Below are positions 37,728-48,925 of a stretch of DNA of 64,000 nt, in pieces. The notes below the pieces were generated by a model, which worked only from the letters and a program-made list of their open reading frames with translations, was not told the DNA's origin and searched no databases. Location of the stretch: contig NW_026250418.1 of the NCBI RefSeq assembly GCF_024521635.1, forward strand, positions 186,001 to 250,000. The letters are read 5' to 3'. This DNA is from Tricharina praecox (Eukaryota). A program made the translations under genes and the position numbers. Position 1 is the first letter of the stretch. Every line of letters starts with the position of its first letter.

Positions 37728-37822
37728 TACTGTGAGGGGGGGGTAAAAAAAATGGTAGTGCTACCGAATCTTTAAGAAAATGGTAGTGATGTGGTATTAG
37801 TACGGTCAAAAGACGTGTTTTT
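37728..37822 (+). mobile_element. Truncated relative of the 16200-16351 MITE
   Basis: TA-CTGTGAGGGGGGGGTAAAAAA and TACGGTCAAAAGACGTGTTT match the left end and internal motif (TACGGTCAAAATACGTGGTTT) of the 16.2-kb element. No right TIR seen. Confidence 0.65.
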
Positions 37823-38501
37823 ATGCCCTGACACGATATCAATATGCATCCAGCGGGAAACACCTCCTAGTCCTCATGTCTGTAGTCCTGATAACGGGCT
37901 CGGTGCAGAAACATCGTCTCCCTCGGCCTTCACTTAGCTACGCAGTGACTTTCCCCTCAAAGCTCCATGTTCCAAGCTGGGCGCCGGCGAGACCAGACAG
38001 CTGACAGTGTTCCAAGAGCTCACGAGTGAGATATGATGATCAACGCCCACATTCAGAAGCATGGGTTAACCTCCGATCTACCCAACTCACAAGACGCGGT
38101 GGACGTTGGGACAAGCTCTTTGCTTTGACTTTATCGCCACTAATTGTAACGACTGCCGCTGTTTTCCTCGATAGGTAACAGCATACCATAATACAGCCAC
38201 AGCGTTGGTCGTGGCACATGATGGCTACACTAAGTACTCTTTCACGGTGGGCTCCTCAATCCTACACTCCCGGTTTGGGAGATACCGTCTTCCGGCCCTA
38301 GAGTCACAATGATAACTGTAAATTGCACCTGTCTGCGGCTGTCCCCTCCAAGTACGCTCCAAACATTGCCAACATAAAACACCCAAGCATCTTCAAAAAA
38401 CATCACACGCAACCAACTCCGCGCATCATAAAGTCAAACGCCAGGCGGAAAGAGCAAAGCAAAACACAGACGCCCCCGAGAACAACAAAACCACACACAA
38501 C

Positions 38502-39596
38502 TCAAAAGTTCTCCCACTTGGAACCTAGCCGAATCCCTAGTTCATCTCTCACTACTCTCCTGATTTCAATCGCCTTCTCCAGACAATCGGCGGGCGTCCG
38601 CCGCCTCAGGACCTGCGGATGCTCCAGCTTGATCTGGTTCCACCTATCCTCGCCCGCCCGGAACTTATCCATCCCCATGACCACAGCGGTAGTCTCCTCC
38701 TCGCTCCACGGGCGATCCTTCAGGACCCCATAGTCGTCCACATCCTCCTCCTCCAACTCCACCTCCGCTTTATTCCGCCTCTCACCAAAGCCCTCGACAT
38801 GAACGACCTCGACCTCCGCGCTAGAGCTGCGCGTGGTGGAGTCGAGTGTGTGGCGCCTCTCGGCGCTCGCTCTCCGCGCCGCGGACTCCCTCGTCTGGCG
38901 CTTGGGGTTCTCGAATCTTTGGCTTTTCCGGCGCTCGAGCCCCTTCAGTTGCTGCAGTCGCAGCTCGACCTGCGCAAATACCCACTTGTTCCGTTGCCGC
39001 GCCCGCTCCGCCTGCTTCGCCTGCTGCAGCTCCCGCTCAAGGCGGCTCAGCGGGCGTTCTTTGGGCTCTTTCCCCTCCTCCTCGTCCTCCTCGTCCTCCC
39101 CATCTTTCCCTTCCCCCTCCTCCTCCCCCTCCTCCCCGTCCTCAACAGGACTCACCACAACCTCCGGCGCCGACTGCCTTGCCCTTTTCGCCTTGCGCCC
39201 GGCGGCGGCGGCGGCGCCCTCCTCCTCTCCCTCCTCCTCTCCCCCCCCCGGCCCCGGAGTCGGCACCAGCTCGGGCGCCGAATGTCGCACATTCCTTGGG
39301 TTCTGCCCCCTTTTTGCGGGCCGCGGCACTTGTAGCCTAGAATCATCATGCGAGAGGGTTGCTAATACATGGACTCCCTCCTCGGCGGCCCCCCGAGCGT
39401 CGTCGTCGGCGTCGGCGTAGACCTCCGGGTGCAAAGTGCGCTTCCGCTTGCCGCCGTGTGTAAGGGGGGGTGGGGGTGCAACTAAGATGGGCGACGAGGC
39501 GCCGAGGAAGTCGTCGCCCGGGCTGGATGTCGAGGTGCGCTGAGTTCCTAAAGGCGCTACGGGGTGTGGGATGGACGAGATCCGCGATGGAACCAT
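38502..39596 (-). CDS. Protein with a C-terminal Myb/SANT (telobox-like) domain (364 aa)
   Basis: RPWSEEETTAVVMGMDKF...RWNQIK...LRRRTPADCLEKA fits a single Myb repeat. NLS-like KRKR and acidic tracts lie upstream. Confidence 0.8.
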   Translation of the reverse strand: MVPSRISSIPHPVAPLGTQRTSTSSPGDDFLGASSPILVAPPPPLTHGGKRKRTLHPEVYADADDDARGAAEEGVHVLATLSHDDSRLQVPRPAKRGQNPRNVRHSAPELVPTPGPGGGEEEGEEEGAAAAAGRKAKRARQSAPEVVVSPVEDGEEGEEEGEGKDGEDEEDEEEGKEPKERPLSRLERELQQAKQAERARQRNKWVFAQVELRLQQLKGLERRKSQRFENPKRQTRESAARRASAERRHTLDSTTRSSSAEVEVVHVEGFGERRNKAEVELEEEDVDDYGVLKDRPWSEEETTAVVMGMDKFRAGEDRWNQIKLEHPQVLRRRTPADCLEKAIEIRRVVRDELGIRLGSKWENF

Positions 39597-40373
39597 TATG
39601 GGATAAGTGGGCGGGCGGGCGTTCGTATATGGTGGTGATGGTGATGGTGGTGGTGCTGGAGTGGAGGTGGTGGTGGTCGACTGAGTGATCGGATAGTTAG
39701 GCGTGGGCGCGGGTGTTGTGTTGAGTGTTGATGTGTGGGGATTGGGTGTGCCCGGTGTGGTGAGGGTGTTGTTAGACTCCCAGGGTGAATGGTGTCGACG
39801 AGCAGTTGCCTGGGCGACGGACTGGCTGCCAGGGACTACTTGTACTACCTATTCTAGCTCAGTCATGCATTCACTTAGGATTCGTCACTCACACTTCCGA
39901 GATTTTCGGCGCCGGACGCAACGTGAAATCTTACATACTGCCAGTGACGCGTACGGTACATACCAGAAGAGACGAGAGCATCATGTATTGTAACCATCTG
40001 TCGAAATCCTGAATAGCCATCTGTAGGGGATAGATATAAAGGTTCCCACGCTCCGAAACCAAACCGTGGGCTACACCGAAATCGCAGCGACAAGCTGGTT
40101 CATTCAGGTTGCAATGCACATTCCTGTGGCCGTCGACTTGGAATTTCAAAACGCCCAGTTGTTATGTTTGCCGCAGCCACAATTCAAGTTGACACTTGCA
40201 CTTGGCCCCGATTCTTACTCGCGAGTCGTGACCGTTAGACATGTCGCTTAATCTGGCGGGGCTCTTGGCACTCGTCACTTCCCGCACCCGCAATACCTCC
40301 CGCAACCCCACCAGCACCCGCACCAGCTCCCCTCTACCGCACATTACCACTCCCAAGCAAGCAGCAAGCAACC

Positions 40374-42106
40374 ATGGCGCCCCCCCTCCCGCCAGCTCTA
40401 TTACCCATCCCCGTCTCAACCACGACCTTCACAACCCCCCAAAAACGCATCCACACGCACTCCGACCTGTCGCTATTCCACAGCTCACCAGCGTACACCC
40501 TCCTGACCTCCTTCATCGTACACCTAAACTCCTGCATCTCTCCCCTGGACGGCGCCAGCGGCACCGTATCCCCCCCAGCCGAGTTCACGACCGACAGCGC
40601 GTCCACGCACGTATCCCCGGCAGTCGCGGGCGTAACCCAGCTCGTCGCCGACCTCACAGCGCTGATCTCCTCCGCGCCGCCGGAGACGGGCCCGCGCCGC
40701 TTCGGCAACGTCGCGATCCGGAGATGGCTGCAGCTCGCACAGGAGCATGTCAGCCGCGAGGGGGGCGTGGACAAGTACCTCCCCGCGTGTGTCCTGCCCG
40801 CCAAGGAGGAGCTGCTGTTCTACCTCGTCAACTCGTTTGGGTCCGGCGAGCGCCTGGATTACGGCACCGGGCATGAGCTGGCGTTCGCGGCGTTTCTGTG
40901 CGGGATCTGGGTTTGCGGCGGGTTTGAACCGGTGAGGGATGAGAGGGCGCTCGTGTTCAGGACGTTCGATGCGTACTTTAAGCTTGTCCGGAAGCTGGTG
41001 GTTACGTATAACCTTGAGCCGGCTGGGAGTCATGGCGTCTGGGGACTGGATGATCATGCGTTTCTGCCGTATATCTTTGGCAGTGCGCAGTTGACGACGT
41101 TCCGTCCCACGAATGATGCCCAGGGCGTCGAGAGGAGTGCCAGGCCTGAGGAGATGCAGCTGCCGAAGCCGGCGGATGTGGTCAAGTTGGAGGTTGTCAA
41201 GAGGGAGAGGAGCCGGAATCTCTATTTTGACGCCGTCGGGTTTATCTACGATGTGAAGACGGGTCCGTTTTGGGAACACTCGCCGACTCTGTACGATATC
41301 TCGGGGGTGCAGAAGGGGTGGGGGAAGATTAACGAGGTGAGCCACTCCACTGATCACCACTGCTGATCCGCACGCTAAAACTGGTGGACTTCAAGGGGAT
41401 GTTGAAGATGTACGACGTCGAAGTCCTCGGGAAGCTCCCCGTCGTCCAGCACTTTAAGTTTGGGAGCATATTCCGCTGGCTGGGAGCTCCCGACCCCGCG
41501 AAGCCGGAAGAAGCACCGAAAGCCGATGTTACACTACCAGCCGGAATGGAAACAACTCGAGCACCGTGGGCTACGACATCAGCATCTCACCCTCCTCCAC
41601 TAGGCGGTATGGAAACCACTCGAGCACCATGGGCCACCGGCACGCCCAGCACCATCACCGCACCACTCCCCATCACCACCCACGCTCCATGGGCCGCGCC
41701 GCAGCCCCCACCATATCCCACCTCCGCAGGAATAGGCTCATCGCACCCGCCTCCACCCGGGCAGCTCGACGGCGCCGACACAAAAGCGCCGTGGGCCGCC
41801 ACGGCCACGTCACCACAAACCTCGTCCCCCATCTCCCCACGGCGAGCCTCGCTAGTCGCAGCACCATTCGATGCGCGCCCGCCCTGGGAAGCCTCGAAGG
41901 AAAAGCAGCAGGAGGTGCAGGAGACCAGCGGGGTAAATGTACGCACCGAGGCACGGCTGGGTCCAAAGAGAACCAGCTCCCCGGATGTTGCGTTGGCCAG
42001 GGCGGCGGCGGCGGATGGCGAGAGGAGGGGGAGTGCAGGTGTTGGCGGGGTTAGGGTTGCGGAGACGGGTGATCTGAGCGGACGTAGGCCGTCGAGGACG
42101 GGTTGA
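40374..42106 (+). CDS. RRD1: PP2A activator PTPA / peptidyl-prolyl isomerase, Rrd1 type (~557 aa); exons 40374-41336, 41396-42106
   Basis: RRFGN, SFGSGERLDYGTGHELAF, YNLEPAGSHGVWGLDD, GPFWEHSPTLYDIS and GMLKMYDVEVLGKLPVVQHF; 59-nt intron GTGAGC...AAG. RRD1 versus RRD2 is judged from recalled motifs. Confidence 0.9.
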
Positions 42107-43336
42107 TTCTTGTCCGTAGATACCGTACTTGCTTCCAATGTCACGGGATTTTCTACCATACCGAAGTGCATACATATGACGGCGGGAAGCAAGTACTCTA
42201 TGTACGTACATAGAGTACTTACACGTGAGATAGAGTGGATGACGATGAAGAATTTTCTCGCTCGCTCGCCTCTCGCATTTTTGTTCCTTACATTAGTACA
42301 TGCAGGGTGCATGGAGCTAGGTAGCCAGTCGAGTAGTTTACTGAGGTCCCTCGCGAGACGTGAGGATATGTAGCAGTTATGCACAGGATAGGGGAGAAAA
42401 GATGGGTAGCGGGCGGCGAGGAGCGGGTAAGCGGCGGCGGTGATATGTATCTTATGTATTCACACCCCCTAAGTAGCCACCTCCGGCTGACCTGCCCTAC
42501 CCCATGCCCAACCCGCCCTTCCATATATCTACGCCCGGCAAGAAGTGAAATTCGGACGAGCTTGTGGTTGCTCTACGGCGAGCTGACCGGGGCGTGGTCT
42601 TCCCCTTGCGGAGTGTTTCCGCGCTGCTGCCCGGAGTACCTGCTGATGCAGGAGAAGCTCTTGACCGAGTTGGAGTAGATATGTGCAGTAGCTACCATCA
42701 TCGCCGCGTGCCTGGAGCTCATAGATCCAGTAAACAGAGATGAAGAGATGAGCTTCAGCATCATCTCCATGACCCCCGATCTACCTACTCTACAGCAAAT
42801 ATCGCCTCCGCCGTCAGCCATGCAGAAAAGACGGGAGGTGAAGTGTCCCTCACCCGCCCCTTCCTTCCCTCCCTCCCTCCCGGTCCGTGCACCACTCCCA
42901 GCGTTGCGTCGTAACACAGCCGATTTTACCGATGCCGATGTCACCCTCGCCAGCCAACCACTGGGCGGACAGGGGTGAAGCCACCTTTCGCTTCGTCCGG
43001 TCAGGTCAACTTGAAGGGGCTCGAAAAAAATATCTCCTGCTCTCCCTCCTGAGTCCCCGAGCTATCTATCACAGTAGACTAGTAACTGCCTACTGGACTT
43101 TCCCTCCTCCTCCTCCTTCTCCATCCCCCCTTTCCTGTCTGTCTGTCTGTCTGTCTCTCGCAACACAATCAACGCTCACGCTCCTTTTCTCCTGTCTATC
43201 TATCTTCATACACCGTCGGTACTTTCTGCGATCGACGGCTACTCCTGAAAATCACCGCCGCCCCGCTGTTTGCCTTGCTCGCTCGCTCTGCGTCTGCTTG
43301 TTTGTTTGTTTGTAGATACGCAGTTTGTTCCTCGGT

Positions 43337-43577
43337 GTGAGTTGTCACTTTCCGCATCGCATCACGCCGACACACTCCCACACACCCTCCCAGCAAGCAA
43401 GCAACCACCACCCACCCCTCCCGCCTGCTGCTGCTGCTGCTGCCTCATCTCCATCCCTCCCTCCTATCCATCCATATCATATCTCCCTGCAGCATCCAGC
43501 ACTCTATCCGTCCATCGGTGCAAGGCAAAAAAAACGCGTTTCAATATCCGACTGACATAACGCCCACTATTAATTAG
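43337..43577 (+). other. Probable 5' UTR intron of the coiled-coil gene
   Basis: GTGAGT donor, ACTGAC branch at 43551 and TAG acceptor 156 nt before the ATG, in an ATG-free leader. Confidence 0.5.
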
Positions 43578-43732
43578 CCCACCCACCACCACCACCAGCA
43601 GCAGCAGCAGTACCACCCTCATCTCATCACTAGAGCAAACGAAAATACCTAGCTGCGGATTTCCCCTCGTTCTCCTCACCTCACAACACCACCCCCCTCA
43701 GATACGAAGTAAACCCCAACACCAGCAGTATA

Positions 43733-46700
43733 ATGTCGGAAGAAGCAGCAGCAACAGGTCGCCCGCCCAGCGCGGCCGCCGTGACCTCGCCCACACCCGC
43801 CCGCTCCTTCCGCGACGGCCTCAAAAAGACCACACCGAGCATCAGCGGCCCCGCGCGGCGCCCGGTGTCTAGCATTTCGTCCGGAACAGCCAAGGTCGCC
43901 GGGCCGGGGCCGGGCTCGCTAACGCGTAGCAACACGACGGGCACGGGGCTGCAGAAGCCGCCGCTGCGGCCCACGAGCGGTGGGCTTTCCGCGCCTGCAC
44001 TAAGGAAGGTCCCCTCTGCCACGGGTGTCAAGGATACTGCAGCGACTGCTGCGGCTGGGAAGACCACGTCCACGCCTACTCCCCCGCCAGGCATGAGGAG
44101 GACCCCGACGGCCATGGGTAACAGGGCTGCGCCTGGCACCCCGGAGAAGCGACCGCCGAGTGCCGCGGCGAGCAGGAGGGCGTCGTCGATTGCGCCCGGG
44201 ACCACGGCGGCCACGCAGGGGAAGGGGCCCACCGCGGCGGTTAGTAGTATTGCGGCGCACCGGTCACGGCCGTCGATCTCGAGTACGACCAGCTCGAGTA
44301 GCAGGATGTCCGGGGGCGCGGGCGGGAATACGTCCTCGAGCTCGCGGCCGGACGATGCCAGTCCTGTCAAGCCCCGGCTGGCGGGCGCGAATTCCGTCGC
44401 CGGCGTCGTCAAGAAGCCGGGCATGGCGCCGCCGCCAGGGAGTGCCAGGTCCGGCTCTGCGTCGTTTGGGCCCGCCGCCGTCAAGGAACTCGAAACCCTC
44501 AGGACGAAGTATGCAAACGCCCAGGAGAAGATCGCCGGTATGCAGGGCGAGATCGAGAAGTTGAAGGGTGGTTCCCGTGCCGGTGGAGAGGGTGCGGACG
44601 ATTTTGTTGTGGTCTCGCCCTCCTCCGAAAATGGTAATGGTAATGGTGATTTGAAGGCGGGTCTCGACGCTGAGGAACTGGAGAAGCTCCACGCTGAGAA
44701 GGAGAGTGCGCGCGCGGAGCTCGAGGCGGCAATGCTCGAGTTGGAGGCGAAGGCGAAGCTCGTGAACGACCTGCAGGAGGCCATTGCTACGCTCAAGTCT
44801 GAGAAGGAGGAGCAGCCACAGAACGAGACTGGGGACGACGATGCCGAGGAGCTGGCGAAAAAACATGCCGACGAGATGGAGTCGCTCACGGCGCAGTCTG
44901 CGAGCAGGGAGAAGGAGCTGCTGGCGAAGATTGCGGACTTCGAGGAGAAGTTGGATAGGCTTACGGCTGCTCATGCTGAGCAGATTGCGAAGCTCATCAG
45001 CGAATCTGAAGAGGTAATGAATTACTCCTGTGGTGCGAAGCGGTGTGGGTCTGGGTCTGACGAAAGTGCAATAGGCTGTTAAGGCGGCCGAGTCAAGGGT
45101 TTCTACCGATGGAGCTGGTCATGAGGAGGCTATCGCGAAGCTGAACGCTGAGATCGCCGCCGAGAAGGCCGCCGCTGAGGATGCTAATGCCGCGCTTGCG
45201 GCGGAGAAGGCCGCTGCCGAGGAGGCCAAGGCTGCACTCGCTGCGGAGAAGGCCACTGCCGACGAACTCAAGAAGGCTCTGGAGGAGGAAGGCGAGAAGC
45301 ACACCACGCTCCTCGAGAGCCGGCAGCAGGAAATCGAGGGCCTCAGCAGCGTCATCAAGAGTCTCCAGGGCGAACTTCAAAAGGCCTCTGACGACCAGCA
45401 GCGGGAATTCGACGAGAAGGTTGCTGAGCTCAAGGCGGAGCATGATGCGCAGATCCTCGATGCTACGGAGAAACTCGGACGTCTTCAGGAATCGCAGCAG
45501 GCCGAACTCGAGAAGGGCTCGGAGATCCTTGCGAAGCAGCTGGAGGAAGTTAGGGAGACTATGCAGCGTAAGGAGGCTGAGTACCAGGCGGCCGTCGGGA
45601 AGGCGAGGCAGGAGGCTGCGGATCAGATCGAGGAAATCACCAAGGCCCATGAAGCCGAGATTATGATCATCAAACACGAGCACGCCGAAACGCAAAAGTC
45701 GCTTGAAGATTCCATCAGCGCCCTCAAGACCGAGATCGCGTCCAGTGCGGGTGAGAAGGAAGAGGTCTGGAGGCAGAAGCTGGCCGATATTGAGGCTGCT
45801 AGCGAGGCGGAGACGGCGGCGTTGAAGGCCCAGCTGGAGAGCTTGGAGTCGGAGAGCAAGAAGAGCGGCGAGGAGGTCGAGGCTCTGAAGGCCACCCTTA
45901 CCGCGTTGAACAGCGACATCACCACCAAGGATAACGATCTGGCGGAGTTGAACGAGCAGCTGAAGAAAACTGCTGAGGATTTGGCTGCAAAGTCACAAGT
46001 ACGTTCACCCAACTATACGATTGCCGTCATGGATTCGCACTGACTATTTTCTGCAGGAGATCGCCTCTTTGAGTGATGAGCACATCGAGGCGCTCAACGC
46101 TCAAGCCGCCGCCCACAAGCAGGAGATCGACACTCTCACCGCCAACATTTCCGAGCAGAGTGACGAGAGGTACGCGGCCCTCAGCACTGAGCACGAGGAG
46201 ATCCTTGCGAAACTTAATCTTGCGGAAAAGGAGCAGGCCGAACTGCAGGCTGAAATTGTCGCGTACAAGGAGGCTAAAGAGGCGCTCAAGGCTACGCTCG
46301 AGGGCGCTCCTACTAAGGAGGAGGTCGAGGCGCTGAAACAGGCTTTGGAAGAGGCGAAGGCCGGAAGCGCCCACGAGATTGAGTCCCTGAAAAAAGCTCT
46401 GGTCGAGGCAAGGAGCGAGAGTGCTGCCGAGATCGATGCTCTACACAATTCGCTCGAGGAGGCGAAGAGTGGTAGCGCCGACGAGATAAACGCTCTCCAG
46501 AAGGCCCTGACGAATGCGAAGAGCGACAGTGCCGAAGAAATCGAATCATTGCGCAAGGCTTTGGAGGAGGCTACGAGCGGTAGTGCCGAGGAGATGACCA
46601 GACTCACCCAAGAGCGCGATGAGGCTGCGAAGGAGGTTACCGAGCTGAAGCAGTCCGTAGCGACTTTGGAGACTCGCATCGCCGCCATCACTGCCGAGAA

Positions 46701-48189
46701 GGAGCGTCTCGAGGTCGAGAACAAGCAGATCTCGGAGGAGGTGCAGGCGTCGGTCAAGTCTCTCGAGTCGGTTTACACGGCACAGATCGAGGACCTGGAC
46801 CGCACCGTTGCGTCTCAACGCGAGAAGATCACCGACCTCGAGAAGCGGTTTCTGGAGGGCGATGCCACGAGCGCCGGTCTCGCGGACGAACTCGATCGCG
46901 AGCGGTTATCAAAAGGGAGTATCTCCAAGGAACTCGAAGCCGCTGCCCGAGAGGCCGCTACCGCCGAAGCTGCAAAAGCGGACTTGGCTCACCAATTGGA
47001 GGCCTTGAGGGAGCAGCTTGCTGCCATCAGCGCGGCCAAGGAGCAGGCGATCGCCGAGGAGAAGGCTGCCAAGAAGGCTGTCGAGTCGCAGCTGGTGGCC
47101 TTGTCCGAGGAGTTCTCGGCTACCAAGTCGGCCAGCGAAGGTGCGGTTACAAAGCTTCAGTCGGTCGAGCAGGAGCTTGCCGCTTCCAAGGCTGCCAAGG
47201 AGAATACCGCTAGGGAGGTCGAGGAGCTGATGGACCAGCTTTCCGACGTCAAGGCTTCCAAGGACGCCGCCGCCGGAGGATTGTCCGCTCTTGCTGTGGA
47301 GCTCGAGCAGGTCAAGAAGGATAAGGAGGCAGCTCTTCAGGCTGTCCAGGCCGATCTGGAGGATGTCCGTGCTCAGCTGAAGGCCGCCGTCGACAATCAC
47401 GAGTCCACTCAGGCCAAGTTGGTGGAATTGTCCAAGGAGAACGAGAAGGCTGTCTCTGCTGCTCTGGAGACCGTTCAGGCCGAGAGGTTGGCGGCCGACA
47501 AGACCCGGAAGGCGCTCGAGGAAAAGCTCGAGGACTTGGAGACCACGCTCAAGGAGAAGGTCAACGTACTTACTAAGCTCGCCGGTGAGCGGGACGAGTA
47601 TGAACACGAGATCCCCACCCTGAAGCAGAAGCTTGCGCTCGCGGAGTCCATGGTCAACGAGAAGCAGGCGGCCATCCAGAACGTGAGAAACGAGTATGAG
47701 TCCAAAGTGAAGGTGCTGGAAGCGGAGTTGTCGGAGGCGAGGATTGCTGCCACAGGATCTGGAGCCGGACCAACCAATGGAGCTGGTGATGCCGAGGTGA
47801 GCACACGAACCGGCGATGCTGGAGGTCCCCGTTCGAATCATGATGGTGTGGAAGAGGAAAACGATGCCCTTGCAATTGTCAGATACCCGCTTTTCTGTTT
47901 CATGTGGATCATTCTTTTGTGTTGCTTACTGTTTCCCAACACTGCCGCCACCACCACTGCCACATTTGTTGATTGGAAGCGGAAGCTAACGGCTGTGCAG
48001 ATCTCGAGGATAAGCAACGACATCCGGGTGCTCGATAATATGAACCAGGACATGCAGGAGGACGCGAAGAGGTTAACACTCTTTTCTTGGTTGCTCTTTT
48101 AGTCTCTCACTGATGTCTTGCTGTATAGGGCAATAGAGGCGCTGCAAAAGATACCCGGAACCGAGAAGCTGGTGGATGCGGTTGAATAG
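43733..48189 (+). CDS. Large coiled-coil protein with a basic Pro/Ser/Thr/Ala-rich N-terminus (~1385 aa); exons 43733-45013, 45075-45998, 46057-47877, 48001-48071, 48129-48189
   Basis: E/K/A/L heptad-rich rod over ~1000 aa. Four GT-AG introns with branch points keep the frame through to ...KLVDAVE-TAG. Confidence 0.85.
46318..46587 (+). repeat. Five 54-nt (18-aa) coding repeats, xEIEALxKALEEAKSGSA
   Basis: EEVEALKQALEEAKAGSA / HEIESLKKALVEARSESA / AEIDALHNSLEEAKSGSA / DEINALQKALTNAKSDSA / EEIESLRKALEEATSGSA. Confidence 0.85.
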
Positions 48190-48925
48190 CTCGCGTTGTT
48201 CTGGCTATGAAGACGGTCCCCATGACTTTATTTTTCCTTCCTTCCTTCGTTTCTTTGATCCCTGTGGATATAGGAGTCCTTTTTTCTTTTTGTGCTTCTT
48301 CGCGTCTTCGGGGTTTCCGAGTTCGTTGGGGAAAATGGACTTGGGTTAACGTTTTCTTTCGGTTCTTCTTCTTTTCGATTCTTTGATTTTTTTATTTAAT
48401 GAACGGTTTTCCCTTTTCCCTTTTCCCTTTTCCCCTGTGTTCTTGTTGTAATTTGTCGCCTGTTTGTCATGACATGAACTCGTCACGTAATATCTCCATT
48501 TCTGTGTATTTACTATTTTTCTTTTCTTTTCTTTTCTTCTTCTTCTGTGTTCTTTAGGGGTTTTGTTATGCTCGAGATGATACACTACATGCATATGTTA
48601 CTGCGCTGTCTGTTTGGGATGTTTTGAACTTGATGCATCGGCGGGACGGGCTTGTGTTGTTATGGCCTATAGTATGGATAATGGCCCTATGATGGCCCTA
48701 TGAGGAAGTGAAGATAGACTTTGATATCATGGATTCATGGGATTCATGGGCGGTTTCAACTTTCAATGGAAGATCGATATCCAAATTAGTTTCCCGCTCC
48801 ACAATGATGTCCTGCACGCCAAGCCTCGCCTGTCAACCACATTCCCAAGCTCGAGCTCCATCATCCCGGTCGTCTTCCCGCAACTCTACTTCCACCGCAC
48901 CTGAGCACCTCCCCGCGCCTCGACA

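Noticed and set aside
37860..38320. Possible decayed gene between the SNF2 and Myb genes
   Set aside because: No frame of useful length and no recognisable homology.
40524..41360. Long antisense ORFs over RRD1 (likewise over the Myb, coiled-coil and NDUFS3 genes)
   Set aside because: Expected shadow ORFs of GC3-rich coding sequence.
48187..48210. Stop-codon readthrough to a cryptic PTS1
   Set aside because: No TGA-CTA context or SKL-type ending here or at the other stops I inspected.
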